A stretch of 64,000 nucleotides of DNA from Dehalococcoidia bacterium. Lineage in GTDB: Bacteria; Chloroflexota; Dehalococcoidia; Bin125. A program made the position numbers and the translations under genes. Where the stretch lies: positions 1,600,001-1,664,000 of the forward strand of contig CAXXSR010000001.1 in NCBI GenBank assembly GCA_963662615.2, in the 5' to 3' direction. The notes under the pieces were generated by a model. The model saw nothing but the letters and a program-made list of their open reading frames with translations. It was not told the origin of the DNA and did no database searches. This document shows, in pieces, positions 1 to 9,387 of the stretch; within the stretch, counting starts at the first letter, position 1, and the number at the start of each line of letters is the position of its first letter.

Positions 1-71
1 TGAATCCGGGGAGGCAGCAGCCACCCGGTAGGCGACCCGAGCGCCGAACCCGTCAGCTAACCCCGTAGGCG
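1..71 (+). promoter_or_regulatory. c-di-AMP (ydaO/yuaA) riboswitch, 3' half; 5' part lies outside the window
   Basis: TGAATC...GTAGG...CCGAACCCGTCAGCTAACCCCGTAGGC matches the conserved 3' signature of this class; it sits in the leader of the next gene. Confidence 0.85.
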
Positions 72-191
72 CACTCTGGGGCGGCCCATCCTGGCCGGAC
101 ACAGTTCCCCCTGATGGTCTGTACCCATCTTGTTCTCTGGACCGCGGCGGCGCGTCTCGTCGTCTCGCGCGTCCGGAGGGAGGAGGAAGAC

Positions 192-1784
192 GTGCTGAGA
201 ATCGAACCACGGGCAGCAGAACCTAGGACCAACGTGCCGTCATTCCCCTTGCGACGGGGTACTCCGGCCGGTGCAGAGCCTGCCCCGGACCAGTATTTCG
301 CGATCACACTGCACAACTTTGAGTCCGTACCGCAGGTGCAGGCGTTGCCGCCAGCGCTGCGCCGGGACATCCGCGTCGTGGGGCAGGTGCTGCCATTCAA
401 ATCCAACCGCTATGTGGTGGACCAGCTGATCGACTGGCGCCGGGTGCCGGATGACCCGATCTTCCGCCTCACGTTCCCGCATCGGGAGATGCTGGAGCCA
501 TCGGCGTATGACCGCATGGACGCGCTGCTGCGATCGGGGGCTCCCACGGCGGAGCGCAAGCAAGCCGCGGACGAGATCCGTCGCTCGCTCAACCCCCATC
601 CCGCCGGGCAGATGGACCACAACGTGCCGAGCTTGCACGGACGTCCCCTCCCGGGCATGCAGCACAAGTACCGAGAGACGGTGCTGTTCTTTCCCAGTCA
701 GGGGCAGACCTGTCATGCCTACTGCACGTTCTGCTTTCGCTGGCCCCAATTCGTGGGGCTGGCGGGCCAGAAATTTTCAATGAGCGAAGCGGAGCTTCTG
801 CGCGACTACGTGGAAGCGCATCCGGAGGTCAGCGACGTCATTTTTACCGGCGGGGACCCCCTGGTGATGAAGACGAGGATCCTGCAAGAGTATCTGGAGC
901 CCCTCTTAGAGCCGGGCGCGGCGCCGAACCTCCGCACGATCCGAATTGGTTCCAAAGCACCGGCCTACTGGCCCCAACGCTTCATTGCGGACGATGACGC
1001 CAGCCAACTGCTGCAGCTCTTCCAACGCGTCACGGCATCGGGCCGACAGCTCGCCCTGATGGTGCATTACAACCATCCGGTGGAGCTGGAGACGGCGATG
1101 GCGAGGGAGGCGATTGCGCGGTTGCGCCGTGCGGGCGTGCAGATCCGGACGCAAACACCGCTGTTGCGCCACATCAACGACGACCCCGACACCCTGGCCC
1201 AGATGTGGCGCGCGCAGGCGCAATTGGGCTGCATCCCGTACTACCTCTTCGTGGAACGTGACACCGGCGCCCGCCGCTACTTCGAGCTGCCTCTGGCGGA
1301 GTGCTGGCGGATCTTCCGGGAGGCGTACAGCCGGGTGAGCGGCGTCGCCCGGACGGTCCATGGCCCCAGCATGTCGGCGACTCCCGGCAAGGTTCAGGTG
1401 ATGGGCGTGGCTCGCGTCCACGGCCAGAAGGTGTTCGTCCTGCGCTTCTTGCAGGCGCGGAACCCGGACTGGGTGGCGCGACCGTTCTTCGCCAAGTACA
1501 ACGCTACCGCCTGCTGGCTGGACGAGCTGGAGCCCGCCTTCGGGGAGCCGGAGTTCTTCTACGAGGCAGAGCTGAAGAGGCTGCTGGCGAAGCCCGGAAG
1601 CTCCTGGGCCCGCGCGGGCGACGAGGTGTCCGGCGCTGGCGACTCCGGCGCTGGCAGACTCCGGCACTACAGACTCCGGCACTACAGACTCCGGCGCTAT
1701 AGACTCCGGCGCGATCCCCGTCCTAGGCGAGCCGGGAGCATCTCGGAAAGTAAGGGGCGTTTCGAGCCTTCGACTCGCGGCTGA
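192..1784 (+). CDS. KamA-family radical SAM aminomutase (lysine 2,3-aminomutase-like)
   Basis: CHAYCTFC (CxxxCxxC), FTGGDPL, HYNHP, PYYLFVERDTG, GPSMSATPGK. GTG at 192 follows AGGAGG. The C-terminal tail passes through a tandem repeat and may be frameshifted. Confidence 0.9.
   Translation: MLRIEPRAAEPRTNVPSFPLRRGTPAGAEPAPDQYFAITLHNFESVPQVQALPPALRRDIRVVGQVLPFKSNRYVVDQLIDWRRVPDDPIFRLTFPHREMLEPSAYDRMDALLRSGAPTAERKQAADEIRRSLNPHPAGQMDHNVPSLHGRPLPGMQHKYRETVLFFPSQGQTCHAYCTFCFRWPQFVGLAGQKFSMSEAELLRDYVEAHPEVSDVIFTGGDPLVMKTRILQEYLEPLLEPGAAPNLRTIRIGSKAPAYWPQRFIADDDASQLLQLFQRVTASGRQLALMVHYNHPVELETAMAREAIARLRRAGVQIRTQTPLLRHINDDPDTLAQMWRAQAQLGCIPYYLFVERDTGARRYFELPLAECWRIFREAYSRVSGVARTVHGPSMSATPGKVQVMGVARVHGQKVFVLRFLQARNPDWVARPFFAKYNATACWLDELEPAFGEPEFFYEAELKRLLAKPGSSWARAGDEVSGAGDSGAGRLRHYRLRHYRLRRYRLRRDPRPRRAGSISESKGRFEPSTRG
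1629..1714 (+). repeat. 15-bp tandem repeat TCCGGC(G/A)CT-NNN-GAC, about 5.5 copies
   Basis: Units start at 1629, 1644 (16 nt), 1660, 1675, 1690 and 1705. Confidence 0.9.
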
Positions 1785-1960
1785 GCCCTCTCCCCGCAGA
1801 ACCTGGGATGATCGGGCCAGGCGGAGAGCATAGGGAACCCGCTCCTGGCGCACTCGGCCGAATTGGTCGAGGACGCCGCACCGTGCCGACCCAGAGCGGT
1901 CGCGGCGGCGGCCGCTCCTGTGAGCAGCGGCCCGGTCTCGCCGGTTCGAGGAGGGCTAGG

Positions 1961-2734
1961 GTGGGCGAGCGCTGGTTCATAGGCCTGGACTTGGCCTGGA
2001 GTGACCGGCATGAGAGCGGGCTGGCCCTGCTGCGATGCCGACACGGCGCACTGGAGTTCGTCGACACGGATGTGGCGCGCGACCTGGAGGAGATCGCGGC
2101 GCGCATCCGGGCGCTGAGCGGCGCCTGGTGGATCGGCATCGACGCGCCCTTGGTGGTGGCGAACAGGACGGGACGGCGCCCCGTCGACGGGCTGCTCTCG
2201 GCCATCTACGGCCGTTTCCATGCGGGCGCCCATCCAGCCAACCAGCGGCTGCTGCAGGGGAAGGTGCGAGGTGGCGACCTCGTGCGGCTGCTGGCGGACG
2301 ATGGCGTTGAGATGGCCAGCGGCGCGGATGGTGCCGGACCAGGTGCAGGTCGGTGGGCGTTCGAGACGTATCCGCACGCGGCCATGGTGGAACTCTTCTC
2401 GCTGTGGCGGATTTTCAAATACAAGCGCGGGCGCGTGGCGGCGCGGCGCCTGCAGATGCAGGAGTTGGCGGCCTGCTTGCACCGACGTCTGCCGACGCTC
2501 GATCCGCCATTGCTCATCTCCTCCGGTCTGGCGACGCTGCTGGGAGTGAGCACGCAGAGCCTGCGCGGCCGCTCGCTCAAGCGGCACGAGGACATGCTGG
2601 ACGCGCTGGTGTGCGCGTACGTCGCGGCTCATCTGTCGTGGTGGGGCGAGCGCCGGAACTGGTCGTTGGGCGACGACGCTTCCGGCGCCGTGATCCTGCC
2701 CGCGCTGCGGGCCGACCTGATCCTGGGCCGATGA
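1961..2734 (+). CDS. DUF429-family protein (predicted RNase H-like nuclease)
   Basis: FIGLDLAW, IGIDAPL, ETYPH, YKRG and DMLDALVCA motifs; GTG start chosen at the conserved N-terminus. Confidence 0.85.
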   Translation: MGERWFIGLDLAWSDRHESGLALLRCRHGALEFVDTDVARDLEEIAARIRALSGAWWIGIDAPLVVANRTGRRPVDGLLSAIYGRFHAGAHPANQRLLQGKVRGGDLVRLLADDGVEMASGADGAGPGAGRWAFETYPHAAMVELFSLWRIFKYKRGRVAARRLQMQELAACLHRRLPTLDPPLLISSGLATLLGVSTQSLRGRSLKRHEDMLDALVCAYVAAHLSWWGERRNWSLGDDASGAVILPALRADLILGR

Positions 2735-3146
2735 TCTGTGATTGTGAGCACAATCGCATGGGCGAGCGAATGGCACCGCTGGGGAAGTTTCGCCGAGCAC
2801 TTTGCAGGGCTGGCCCGTGGGCCCGGCAGCGACTTTCGCTTGGGACTCTCCATGGCCGGGAACGCGCCACGGTGAGATCGCCAAGCTGGCCCGAAAGCGG
2901 CATGATCGATCGAGAGCGTGGTGAATAGGACACCGGGCGCTCGAGCAAGCGAGGTGCGTATGCGATCCAAGCTCCACGCGCTGTACGGAGTATTCATCGT
3001 GCAGGACCTAGCGTTGCCCAACGCGTCCTCCGTGAGCCACGGATCGTGAGCTAGACGACCTAAAAACAGGTAGCGTGGCTCGTTGCGGATACCCGCAGAG
3101 ACCGTGAGGCGGAGGGACGCGGTAGTCCCAACAGTGTGCTGGAATT

Positions 3147-3174
3147 CGAGAGGCCGACGTGGGTCGGCCTCTCG
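3147..3174. terminator. Perfect 12-bp hairpin, terminator-like but with no clear U-tract
   Basis: CGAGAGGCCGAC-gtgg-GTCGGCCTCTCG. Confidence 0.5.
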
Positions 3175-3309
3175 TGCTGTCCGGCGCCTGCGCTGATCGT
3201 CGCCGCACGCTGACGGGAGCGGCGCCGGGAGAGCAAAGCCGTCGAGCGGCCGCGTCCACGAGCAGCCCTATACTGGAATTAAATTCCCCTGCTGCCCAGG
3301 AGACCGGCC

Positions 3310-4986
3310 ATGTTCGACGCGGAAAAGATCGCGGCCTTGAAGGCACGACGCTCCGCCTGGGAGGCCGCTGCGGAGGCGGCCGGGCAGGAGCGCGCGGGCC
3401 CGTTCATGACCGTGTCGTCGCGGCCCATCCGGCGGCTGTACGACCCGACCGATCTGGCCGCGGACGGCTTCGACTACGAGGGCGATCTCGGCAACCCCGG
3501 CGAATATCCCTACACGAGGGGCATCCACGCGACCGGCTATCGGGGGAGGCCCTGGACCATTCGCATGTTCGCCGGTTTCGGCAGCGTGGAGGAGAGCAAC
3601 GCGCGCTACAAAGAGCTGCTGCGCCAGGGGCAAACGGGGCTCAGCATCGCCTTCGACATGCCGACGCTGATGGGCTACGACCACGACGACTCGTGGAGCG
3701 AGGGGGAATTCGGGAAATGTGGGGTGGCCGTCTCCTCACTGGCCGATATGGAGATCCTGCTGGCGGGCCTGCCCCTGGACCAGATCACGACGTCCATGAC
3801 GATCAACTCGCCCGCCGCGGTGATCTGGGCCATGTACATCGCCGCGGCCGAGAAGCGCGGGATCGATCGGGCAGCGCTGGGGGGGACGCTCCAGAACGAC
3901 ATCCTGAAGGAGTTCATTGCCCAGAACGAGTTCGTGTTTCCACCGCGTCCTTCAATGCGGCTGGTGACGGACACGATTGAGTTCGCAACGCAGGAATTGC
4001 CCAAGTGGAACAGTGTCAGTGTCAGCGGGTACCACATCCGCGAGGCCGGAGCCACGGCGGCGCAGGAGCTGGCCTTCACCCTGGCTGACGGATTCGAGTA
4101 CGTGCGCTGGGGGCGTGATCGCGGACTCGACGTGGACGCCTTCGCGCCGCGCTTGTCTTTCTTCTTCAACAGTCACAATGACTTTTTTGAGGAGATCGCG
4201 AAGTTCCGGGCGGCGCGTCGAATCTGGGCGCGCGAGATGCGGGAGACGTTCGGGGCCAAGGAGCCAGGCTCATGGCGGCTGCGCTTCCACACGCAGACGG
4301 CAGGAGTTGCCCTCACGGACGTGCAACCGGAGGTCAACATGATCCGGGTGACGATTCAAGCGCTGGCGGGTGCGCTGGGCGGAACCCAGTCGATGCACAC
4401 CGACGCAATGGACGAGGCGCTGGCGCTGCCGAGCGAGAAGGCGGCCCGCCTGGCCGTGCGAACGCAGCAGGTGATCATGCACGAGTCCGGCGTGATCAAC
4501 ACGGCCGACCCTCTGGCCGGCTCCTACTTCATGGAGGCCCTCACCAATGAGCTGGAACGGGACGCCCGCGTCTACTTCGCCAAGATCGACGCGCTGGGTG
4601 GCGTCATCCCGGCCCTGGAGGCGGGCTTCTTTCAGCGCGAGATCGCCGACGCGTCCTACCGCTTTCAGCGGGAAGTGACGGAGGGGCAGCGAACGATCGT
4701 CGGCGTGAACGCCTTCCAGCACGACGAGCCGCTCGTGATTCCCATCCTGGCTATGGACGCTGAGGGCGAAGGGCGGCATCTGCAACGCCTGCGGCACACC
4801 CGGGCAGAGCGCGACGCTGACGGGGCCCAAGCGGCGCTGCAGCGGCTGGAGAACGTCTGCCGCGACCCCAAGGCGAACACCATGCCCTTCATCCTGGATG
4901 CCGTGAACGCCTACTGCACCTTGGGCGAAACGATGGGGGCCATGCGGCGCGCATTTGGCGAACACAAGGAGAACGTGATCATCTAG
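3310..4986 (+). CDS. B12-dependent acyl-CoA mutase large (substrate-binding) subunit, isobutyryl-CoA mutase type
   Basis: [49 protein letters not shown]; no fused B12-binding domain. Confidence 0.92.
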   Translation: MFDAEKIAALKARRSAWEAAAEAAGQERAGPFMTVSSRPIRRLYDPTDLAADGFDYEGDLGNPGEYPYTRGIHATGYRGRPWTIRMFAGFGSVEESNARYKELLRQGQTGLSIAFDMPTLMGYDHDDSWSEGEFGKCGVAVSSLADMEILLAGLPLDQITTSMTINSPAAVIWAMYIAAAEKRGIDRAALGGTLQNDILKEFIAQNEFVFPPRPSMRLVTDTIEFATQELPKWNSVSVSGYHIREAGATAAQELAFTLADGFEYVRWGRDRGLDVDAFAPRLSFFFNSHNDFFEEIAKFRAARRIWAREMRETFGAKEPGSWRLRFHTQTAGVALTDVQPEVNMIRVTIQALAGALGGTQSMHTDAMDEALALPSEKAARLAVRTQQVIMHESGVINTADPLAGSYFMEALTNELERDARVYFAKIDALGGVIPALEAGFFQREIADASYRFQREVTEGQRTIVGVNAFQHDEPLVIPILAMDAEGEGRHLQRLRHTRAERDADGAQAALQRLENVCRDPKANTMPFILDAVNAYCTLGETMGAMRRAFGEHKENVII

Positions 4987-5022
4987 GGGAGCGCGGCACG
5001 ATTCGGGTGAGCGGGGGGCCGC

Positions 5023-5325
5023 TCAGGCGGGGTCGTCCGATCGCGGGTGGAGCTTCTCAATGATCCGGGTCGCTTGCAGGACTTGCTCGCGAATCGTTGC
5101 GGCCGCGTCGGCTGGTTCCACGGCCTGGCGTTCCAAGAGGTCGGCGCAGAGCTGCACCACGCTGATCACGTTATTGAGGTCGTGCAGGGCGCGAGCAACG
5201 CTCTCGCGGAACGCGGAGTCAAGCGGGGACTGCGCCCCGGGGGGGCCGTCGGGTTGCCCGGGCGGGCCTTCGTCTGGGTGCACCCCGGTGGCCTTCCATG
5301 TGGCCGGTTCGGCGTCTGCCCGCAT
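5023..5325 (-). CDS. Small protein with a stand-alone HisKA/DHp-like helix pair
   Basis: ARALHDLNNVISVVQLCADLL resembles an H-box; co-oriented downstream of arginase; start uncertain. Confidence 0.55.
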   Translation of the reverse strand: MRADAEPATWKATGVHPDEGPPGQPDGPPGAQSPLDSAFRESVARALHDLNNVISVVQLCADLLERQAVEPADAAATIREQVLQATRIIEKLHPRSDDPA

Positions 5326-5375
5326 CGTAGCGTCGGCGGCGGTCCCGGCCCAGCCGGAGCAGCGCAGGCGCGCGC

Positions 5376-6284
5376 CTACAAGATGCGACGCCCCAAGGCG
5401 GAGAGCGCCAGCTGCGTGCCCAACTCCGCCGTCGCGTTGAGTCGGTCCAGGCTCGGATTGATCTCCACCACGTCCATGCCAATGAGGCGGCCGGCTTCCG
5501 CGACCAGTTCCATGAGCAGGTGCGATTCGCGATAGCTGAGGCCGCCGCGAACCGGGGTCCCAACCCCGGGGGCTGCCTCCGGGTCCACCGCGTCCATGTC
5601 GAAGCTGACATAGATGCCGGCGCCGCCGGCGCCCGCCACGGCGACGGCCTGCTCAGCCATGGGCCCGATGCCGGCGCGATCGACGTCGGTCATGGTGATG
5701 GCCGTGACGCCGGACTCTCGAACGATTGCCTTCTCGCGCTCGTCGAGGTCGCGAATGCCGATGAGCACGGTCTGCTCTGGGCGTACGGCGGGGTTGATCC
5801 CGCCGATGCCGCTGAGCAGATCCGGGCCTTTCCCGAGCAGCGAGGCCAAGGGCATACCGTGGACGTTGCCCGATGGCGAGCTTTGCGGGGTGTTCATATC
5901 GGCGTGCGCATCCACCCAGATGACGCCCGCTGCCTGGCCTTCGCGCCGGCGCGCCTGGGCGACGCCGCTGATCGACCCCATGGCGAGGCTGTGGTCACCA
6001 CCCAGCACCAGCGGGATCGCCCCCGCCGCCGCGCTCCGCTGCGTCCGCTCGGCCAGCCGTTCGCAGACATCCGCGATGGGGCCGGCGAAGCGCTGGCTGG
6101 GATCCCCCTCGTCGCTCATTTCGGGAATGGCGGCGTCAACGTTGCCCAAGTCCGAGACGGCGTGGCCCAGCGCCTCGACGCGCTTACGGAGGCCGGTCAA
6201 GCGCATTGCGCTGGGCCCCATGTCCGTGCCACGGCGTCCTGCGCCAAGGTCGATGGGGACGCCAATGATGTGGACGGTGGCCAT
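5376..6284 (-). CDS. rocF: Arginase
   Basis: GGDHS, DAHAD, SGNVHGMP, SFDMDAVDP, PGVGTPV, VEINP. Confidence 0.95.
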   Translation of the reverse strand: MATVHIIGVPIDLGAGRRGTDMGPSAMRLTGLRKRVEALGHAVSDLGNVDAAIPEMSDEGDPSQRFAGPIADVCERLAERTQRSAAAGAIPLVLGGDHSLAMGSISGVAQARRREGQAAGVIWVDAHADMNTPQSSPSGNVHGMPLASLLGKGPDLLSGIGGINPAVRPEQTVLIGIRDLDEREKAIVRESGVTAITMTDVDRAGIGPMAEQAVAVAGAGGAGIYVSFDMDAVDPEAAPGVGTPVRGGLSYRESHLLMELVAEAGRLIGMDVVEINPSLDRLNATAELGTQLALSALGRRIL

Positions 6285-6354
6285 GGCGTCAGGCTATCGC
6301 ATTACGGGCGCATCGCTGGCGCATCACCGGCGGGGGGCGGCCGACAAGATCGCG

Positions 6355-6771
6355 TCAGGCGAGCCCCCAGCTCGCGACATGTTGGGCCGCTAGGCGGATC
6401 ACGGGACGGCCGTCCAAGTGCATCTCGCGATACTGCGGGTACTTCTCGCGCAACGCGGCGATCGCGCGCCCTGCTTCCTCGTCGCCGGCCAGGACCGTGG
6501 CGCTGCCACGCAGCATCACCCAGGCCAAGCGCGACCAGTCCCGGTCATACGAATCCACCACCAGCGCCGCCCGCGGATTCTCCTGGATGTTGCGGATCCG
6601 CTTGAGGCGAGTGGTGCTCTTGGGCTTGCGGTCAATGACGATGTAGACGGCGTCATCCACGAGGGCGAAGCAGACCGGCACGACATGCGGCGCACCGTCG
6701 GCGTCAGCGGTGGCCAGCCGGCCAACTTGCTGCTGCTCCAAGAAGGCGCGGGCGTTGTGTGGCAACGGCAT
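6355..6771 (-). CDS. PPOX-class (pyridoxamine 5'-phosphate oxidase-like) F420-dependent oxidoreductase
   Basis: GRLATADADGAPHVVPVCF, DRKPK, RIRNIQENP, DWSRLAWV, LREKYPQY. Confidence 0.88.
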   Translation of the reverse strand: MPLPHNARAFLEQQQVGRLATADADGAPHVVPVCFALVDDAVYIVIDRKPKSTTRLKRIRNIQENPRAALVVDSYDRDWSRLAWVMLRGSATVLAGDEEAGRAIAALREKYPQYREMHLDGRPVIRLAAQHVASWGLA

Positions 6772-6988
6772 ACGGCGCGGTCCCGGGTGTCTCATGCGCG
6801 GGCGCAGGCGGGCGCCGACGTATGATACCGCCGGCGCGGGACGGGGCGCGCAACCCTGCGCCTGATGCGCCGCCACTGCGCCGCCACAGCGCCGAGAGCA
6901 CCAGGTGGGGCGGAAAGCGGGGGGACGCTCCGCCTCGCTATACTGCGCTCGCTGGGAGCGGAGAGATGTTCCCATAGTGGAGGTCAGC

Positions 6989-7279
6989 ATGGCGGAACGC
7001 CGTCGCCTGAACGATGCCGAGATTACGGACCGGCTTGCCGGGCTCAGCGGCTGGGAGCTGCGGGACGGCAAGCTGCACAAAGAGGTGAAATTCAACGACT
7101 TCACGGAGGCGTTCAGCTTCATGACCGCGGTGGCGCTGGTCGCCGAGAAGATGGATCACCATCCGAACTGGTCCAACGTCTACAACCGCGTCGTGGTGGA
7201 TCTCAGTACGCACGACCTGGGCGGGATCAGCACGTACGACTTCGAACTGGCGACGGCGATCGACCGGTTCACGGTCTAA
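6989..7279 (+). CDS. Pterin-4-alpha-carbinolamine dehydratase
   Basis: [29 protein letters not shown]; GGAGG precedes the ATG. Confidence 0.93.
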   Translation: MAERRRLNDAEITDRLAGLSGWELRDGKLHKEVKFNDFTEAFSFMTAVALVAEKMDHHPNWSNVYNRVVVDLSTHDLGGISTYDFELATAIDRFTV

Positions 7280-7421
7280 GCGTCCAACAGCGGCGACCTA
7301 TCAATACAGCGGTCCGGGCGTCCGCGGGAGATCGGACGTTTCCGGTCGCGGGCGGCGCATCCCGCATTGCCTGTGCAGACGTGCGAAATCGCGCGATAGC
7401 GGGACCGTGGGCGGAGCCGGG

Positions 7422-8396
7422 CTACAGGAGGGCGCGAAGCTGTTCCCGTGTCACGTTGGCGCCGGACACAACGAGAACCACGTTTTTGTCCTGGAGCCGG
7501 TCCCCTTCTTTGAGGGCCGCCGCCAGCGCGCTGGCGGCGGACGGCTCCGCGAGGACGTGCGCCAGGTCGATTAGCGTGCGCACGGCGTCCGCGATCTGCG
7601 CGTCGTCCACGAGGATGAAGTCGTTGAGGCCGCGCTGCAGGACCGCAAACGGCAGCTCATAGGCGACGCCGGTGGCCAGCCCTTCGGCAAAGGTGGCGTT
7701 GGGCCGCTCCAGCAACTGCCCGCTGCGCCAGGCATCGTGTGCGGCAGGCGCCTGCGCCGACTGCGCGGCCCAGATAGCCGCGGAGCTGTCCAAACCGTCG
7801 CGGGCCGTGATCCAGCCGCAAGCGCCCGAGCCACCGCCCAGCGGCACGATGACGACATCCGTCTCCGGCTGCTGCGTCTCCAGCACTTCCAGGGCGGCCG
7901 TCCCCACGCCGGCAATGAGCGCCGGCTCGTTGGCGGCGTGGACGAAACGGGCGCCGGCGGCGCCGGCGTCCTTCTCGGCCTGGAGGCGAGCATCGTCAAA
8001 GCGGTCACCGATCAGGACCACCTCCGCGCCGAGCCGTTTGATGGCGGTCAGTTTGTCTCGATTGGCGTTGACGGGCATGTAGATCTGCGCCCGCACGTCG
8101 AAGAGGGCGGCCGCGTAGGCGATCGATTGTCCGTGGTTGCCCGTAGAGGCCGTGATCACGCCGGCGCGACGCTCGGCGGGGGTCAGGCCGGCGAGCAGGT
8201 GGATGCCGCCCCGCACCTTAAAGGCGCCAATGGGCGTGGCCGTCTCCATCTTCAGAGAGACGTTGGCGTGCAGCTTCTCGGAGAGGCCGGGGCTGCCGAC
8301 CAGCGGCGTGGGCAGCGAAATGCGGCCGGCAAGGTTGCGCGCGGCGCGACGAATGTCGTCAAGCGTGGGCGCCTCTGTCGGGGCAGGACGCGTCAT
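7422..8396 (-). CDS. Threonine/serine dehydratase family PLP enzyme
   Basis: GAFKVRG, ASTGNHG, VPLGGGSG, VSGAN. Confidence 0.92.
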   Translation of the reverse strand: MTRPAPTEAPTLDDIRRAARNLAGRISLPTPLVGSPGLSEKLHANVSLKMETATPIGAFKVRGGIHLLAGLTPAERRAGVITASTGNHGQSIAYAAALFDVRAQIYMPVNANRDKLTAIKRLGAEVVLIGDRFDDARLQAEKDAGAAGARFVHAANEPALIAGVGTAALEVLETQQPETDVVIVPLGGGSGACGWITARDGLDSSAAIWAAQSAQAPAAHDAWRSGQLLERPNATFAEGLATGVAYELPFAVLQRGLNDFILVDDAQIADAVRTLIDLAHVLAEPSAASALAAALKEGDRLQDKNVVLVVSGANVTREQLRALL

Positions 8397-8444
8397 GGCT
8401 CGGCTGAGTGTATTGGATGGGCCGGGCGGAGCGAGGCGGTGCGA

Positions 8445-9383
8445 TCACTGCTGGGGCGCCGACCGCGGCCCAACGAGCCGGCGCTGCAAGAGGGCATCGA
8501 CCTCGGCGCGGCTGGGCATCGCCTCCTGCGCGCCCTCCTTGGTGACACAGAGCGCCCCGGCCGCCGCCGCGCAGGGGACGGCGTCCGCCAGGCCCAAGCC
8601 ATTGGCGATGCATGCGGCGAGGGCGCCGTTGAAGGCGTCGCCGGCGGCCAGGCTGGAAACGGCGTCGACGCTGTAGGCGGGATAATGCCCGCCGCCATCA
8701 TCGGCATCGACGTAGACGCCATCGGCTCCCATGGTGACGAGCACGGCTTTGGGGCCAAGTTGGCGGATGCGAGCGGCGGCCGCTGCCGCGGAGTCCGCGT
8801 CATGCACCGTGATCCCACTCCAGCGCCCTGCTTCGCCCTGATTCGGCGTGAGGATATCCACCCCGGCGAAGGCGCCGTCGGGCAGGTCAATGACCGGCGC
8901 CGGGTCCAGGATGACGGTCACGCCGCGTTCGTTGGCGGCGCGGATGCAAGCCGAGGTCACCTCCCAGGGGATCTCAAGTTGCGCCAAGAGGACCCGCGTC
9001 CCGTCTAGCAGGGCAGTGACGTCATGGAGCCGGCCGGGATCGACGAGGCGGTTGGCGCCGTAGATGGCGGCGACACCGGTGCCGGCCCCACCCTCGCAGC
9101 GGACTGCGCGGCGGTCGATGCCAGCCTCGTCGAGCCCGGCGATCATCTCGCGACCCATCCAGTCGTCGCCCACGCAGCCCACCATCGCCACGCGGTCCCT
9201 CGCTGCCAGCAGGCGCGCGGCGGCGACGGCCTGATTGCCCGCCTTGCCTCCTCGGGTGGTCCAGAAGCGCCGACCGACGACCGTCTCGCCAGCCTGCGGC
9301 AGCCGTGGGGCCTCGAAGACGAAGTTGTAGTTGAGCCCTCCGACCACCACGACCCGATTGGACGCACGGCCTGGGTTCGGCAT
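8445..9383 (-). CDS. PfkB/ribokinase-family carbohydrate kinase (divergent)
   Basis: GGKAGNQAVAAAR, VGDD, QLEIP, DPAP, TPNQGE, AAGDAFNG. Confidence 0.9.
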   Translation of the reverse strand: MPNPGRASNRVVVVGGLNYNFVFEAPRLPQAGETVVGRRFWTTRGGKAGNQAVAAARLLAARDRVAMVGCVGDDWMGREMIAGLDEAGIDRRAVRCEGGAGTGVAAIYGANRLVDPGRLHDVTALLDGTRVLLAQLEIPWEVTSACIRAANERGVTVILDPAPVIDLPDGAFAGVDILTPNQGEAGRWSGITVHDADSAAAAAARIRQLGPKAVLVTMGADGVYVDADDGGGHYPAYSVDAVSSLAAGDAFNGALAACIANGLGLADAVPCAAAAGALCVTKEGAQEAMPSRAEVDALLQRRLVGPRSAPQQ

Positions 9384-9387
9384 GGTG

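Noticed and set aside
3290-3310. CCAGGAGACCGGCC before the B12 mutase resembles a cobalamin riboswitch B12 box
   Set aside because: The upstream GGGAA, CCCGC-ACTGT and GCCACTG elements are missing; it is explained as the RBS (AGGAG).
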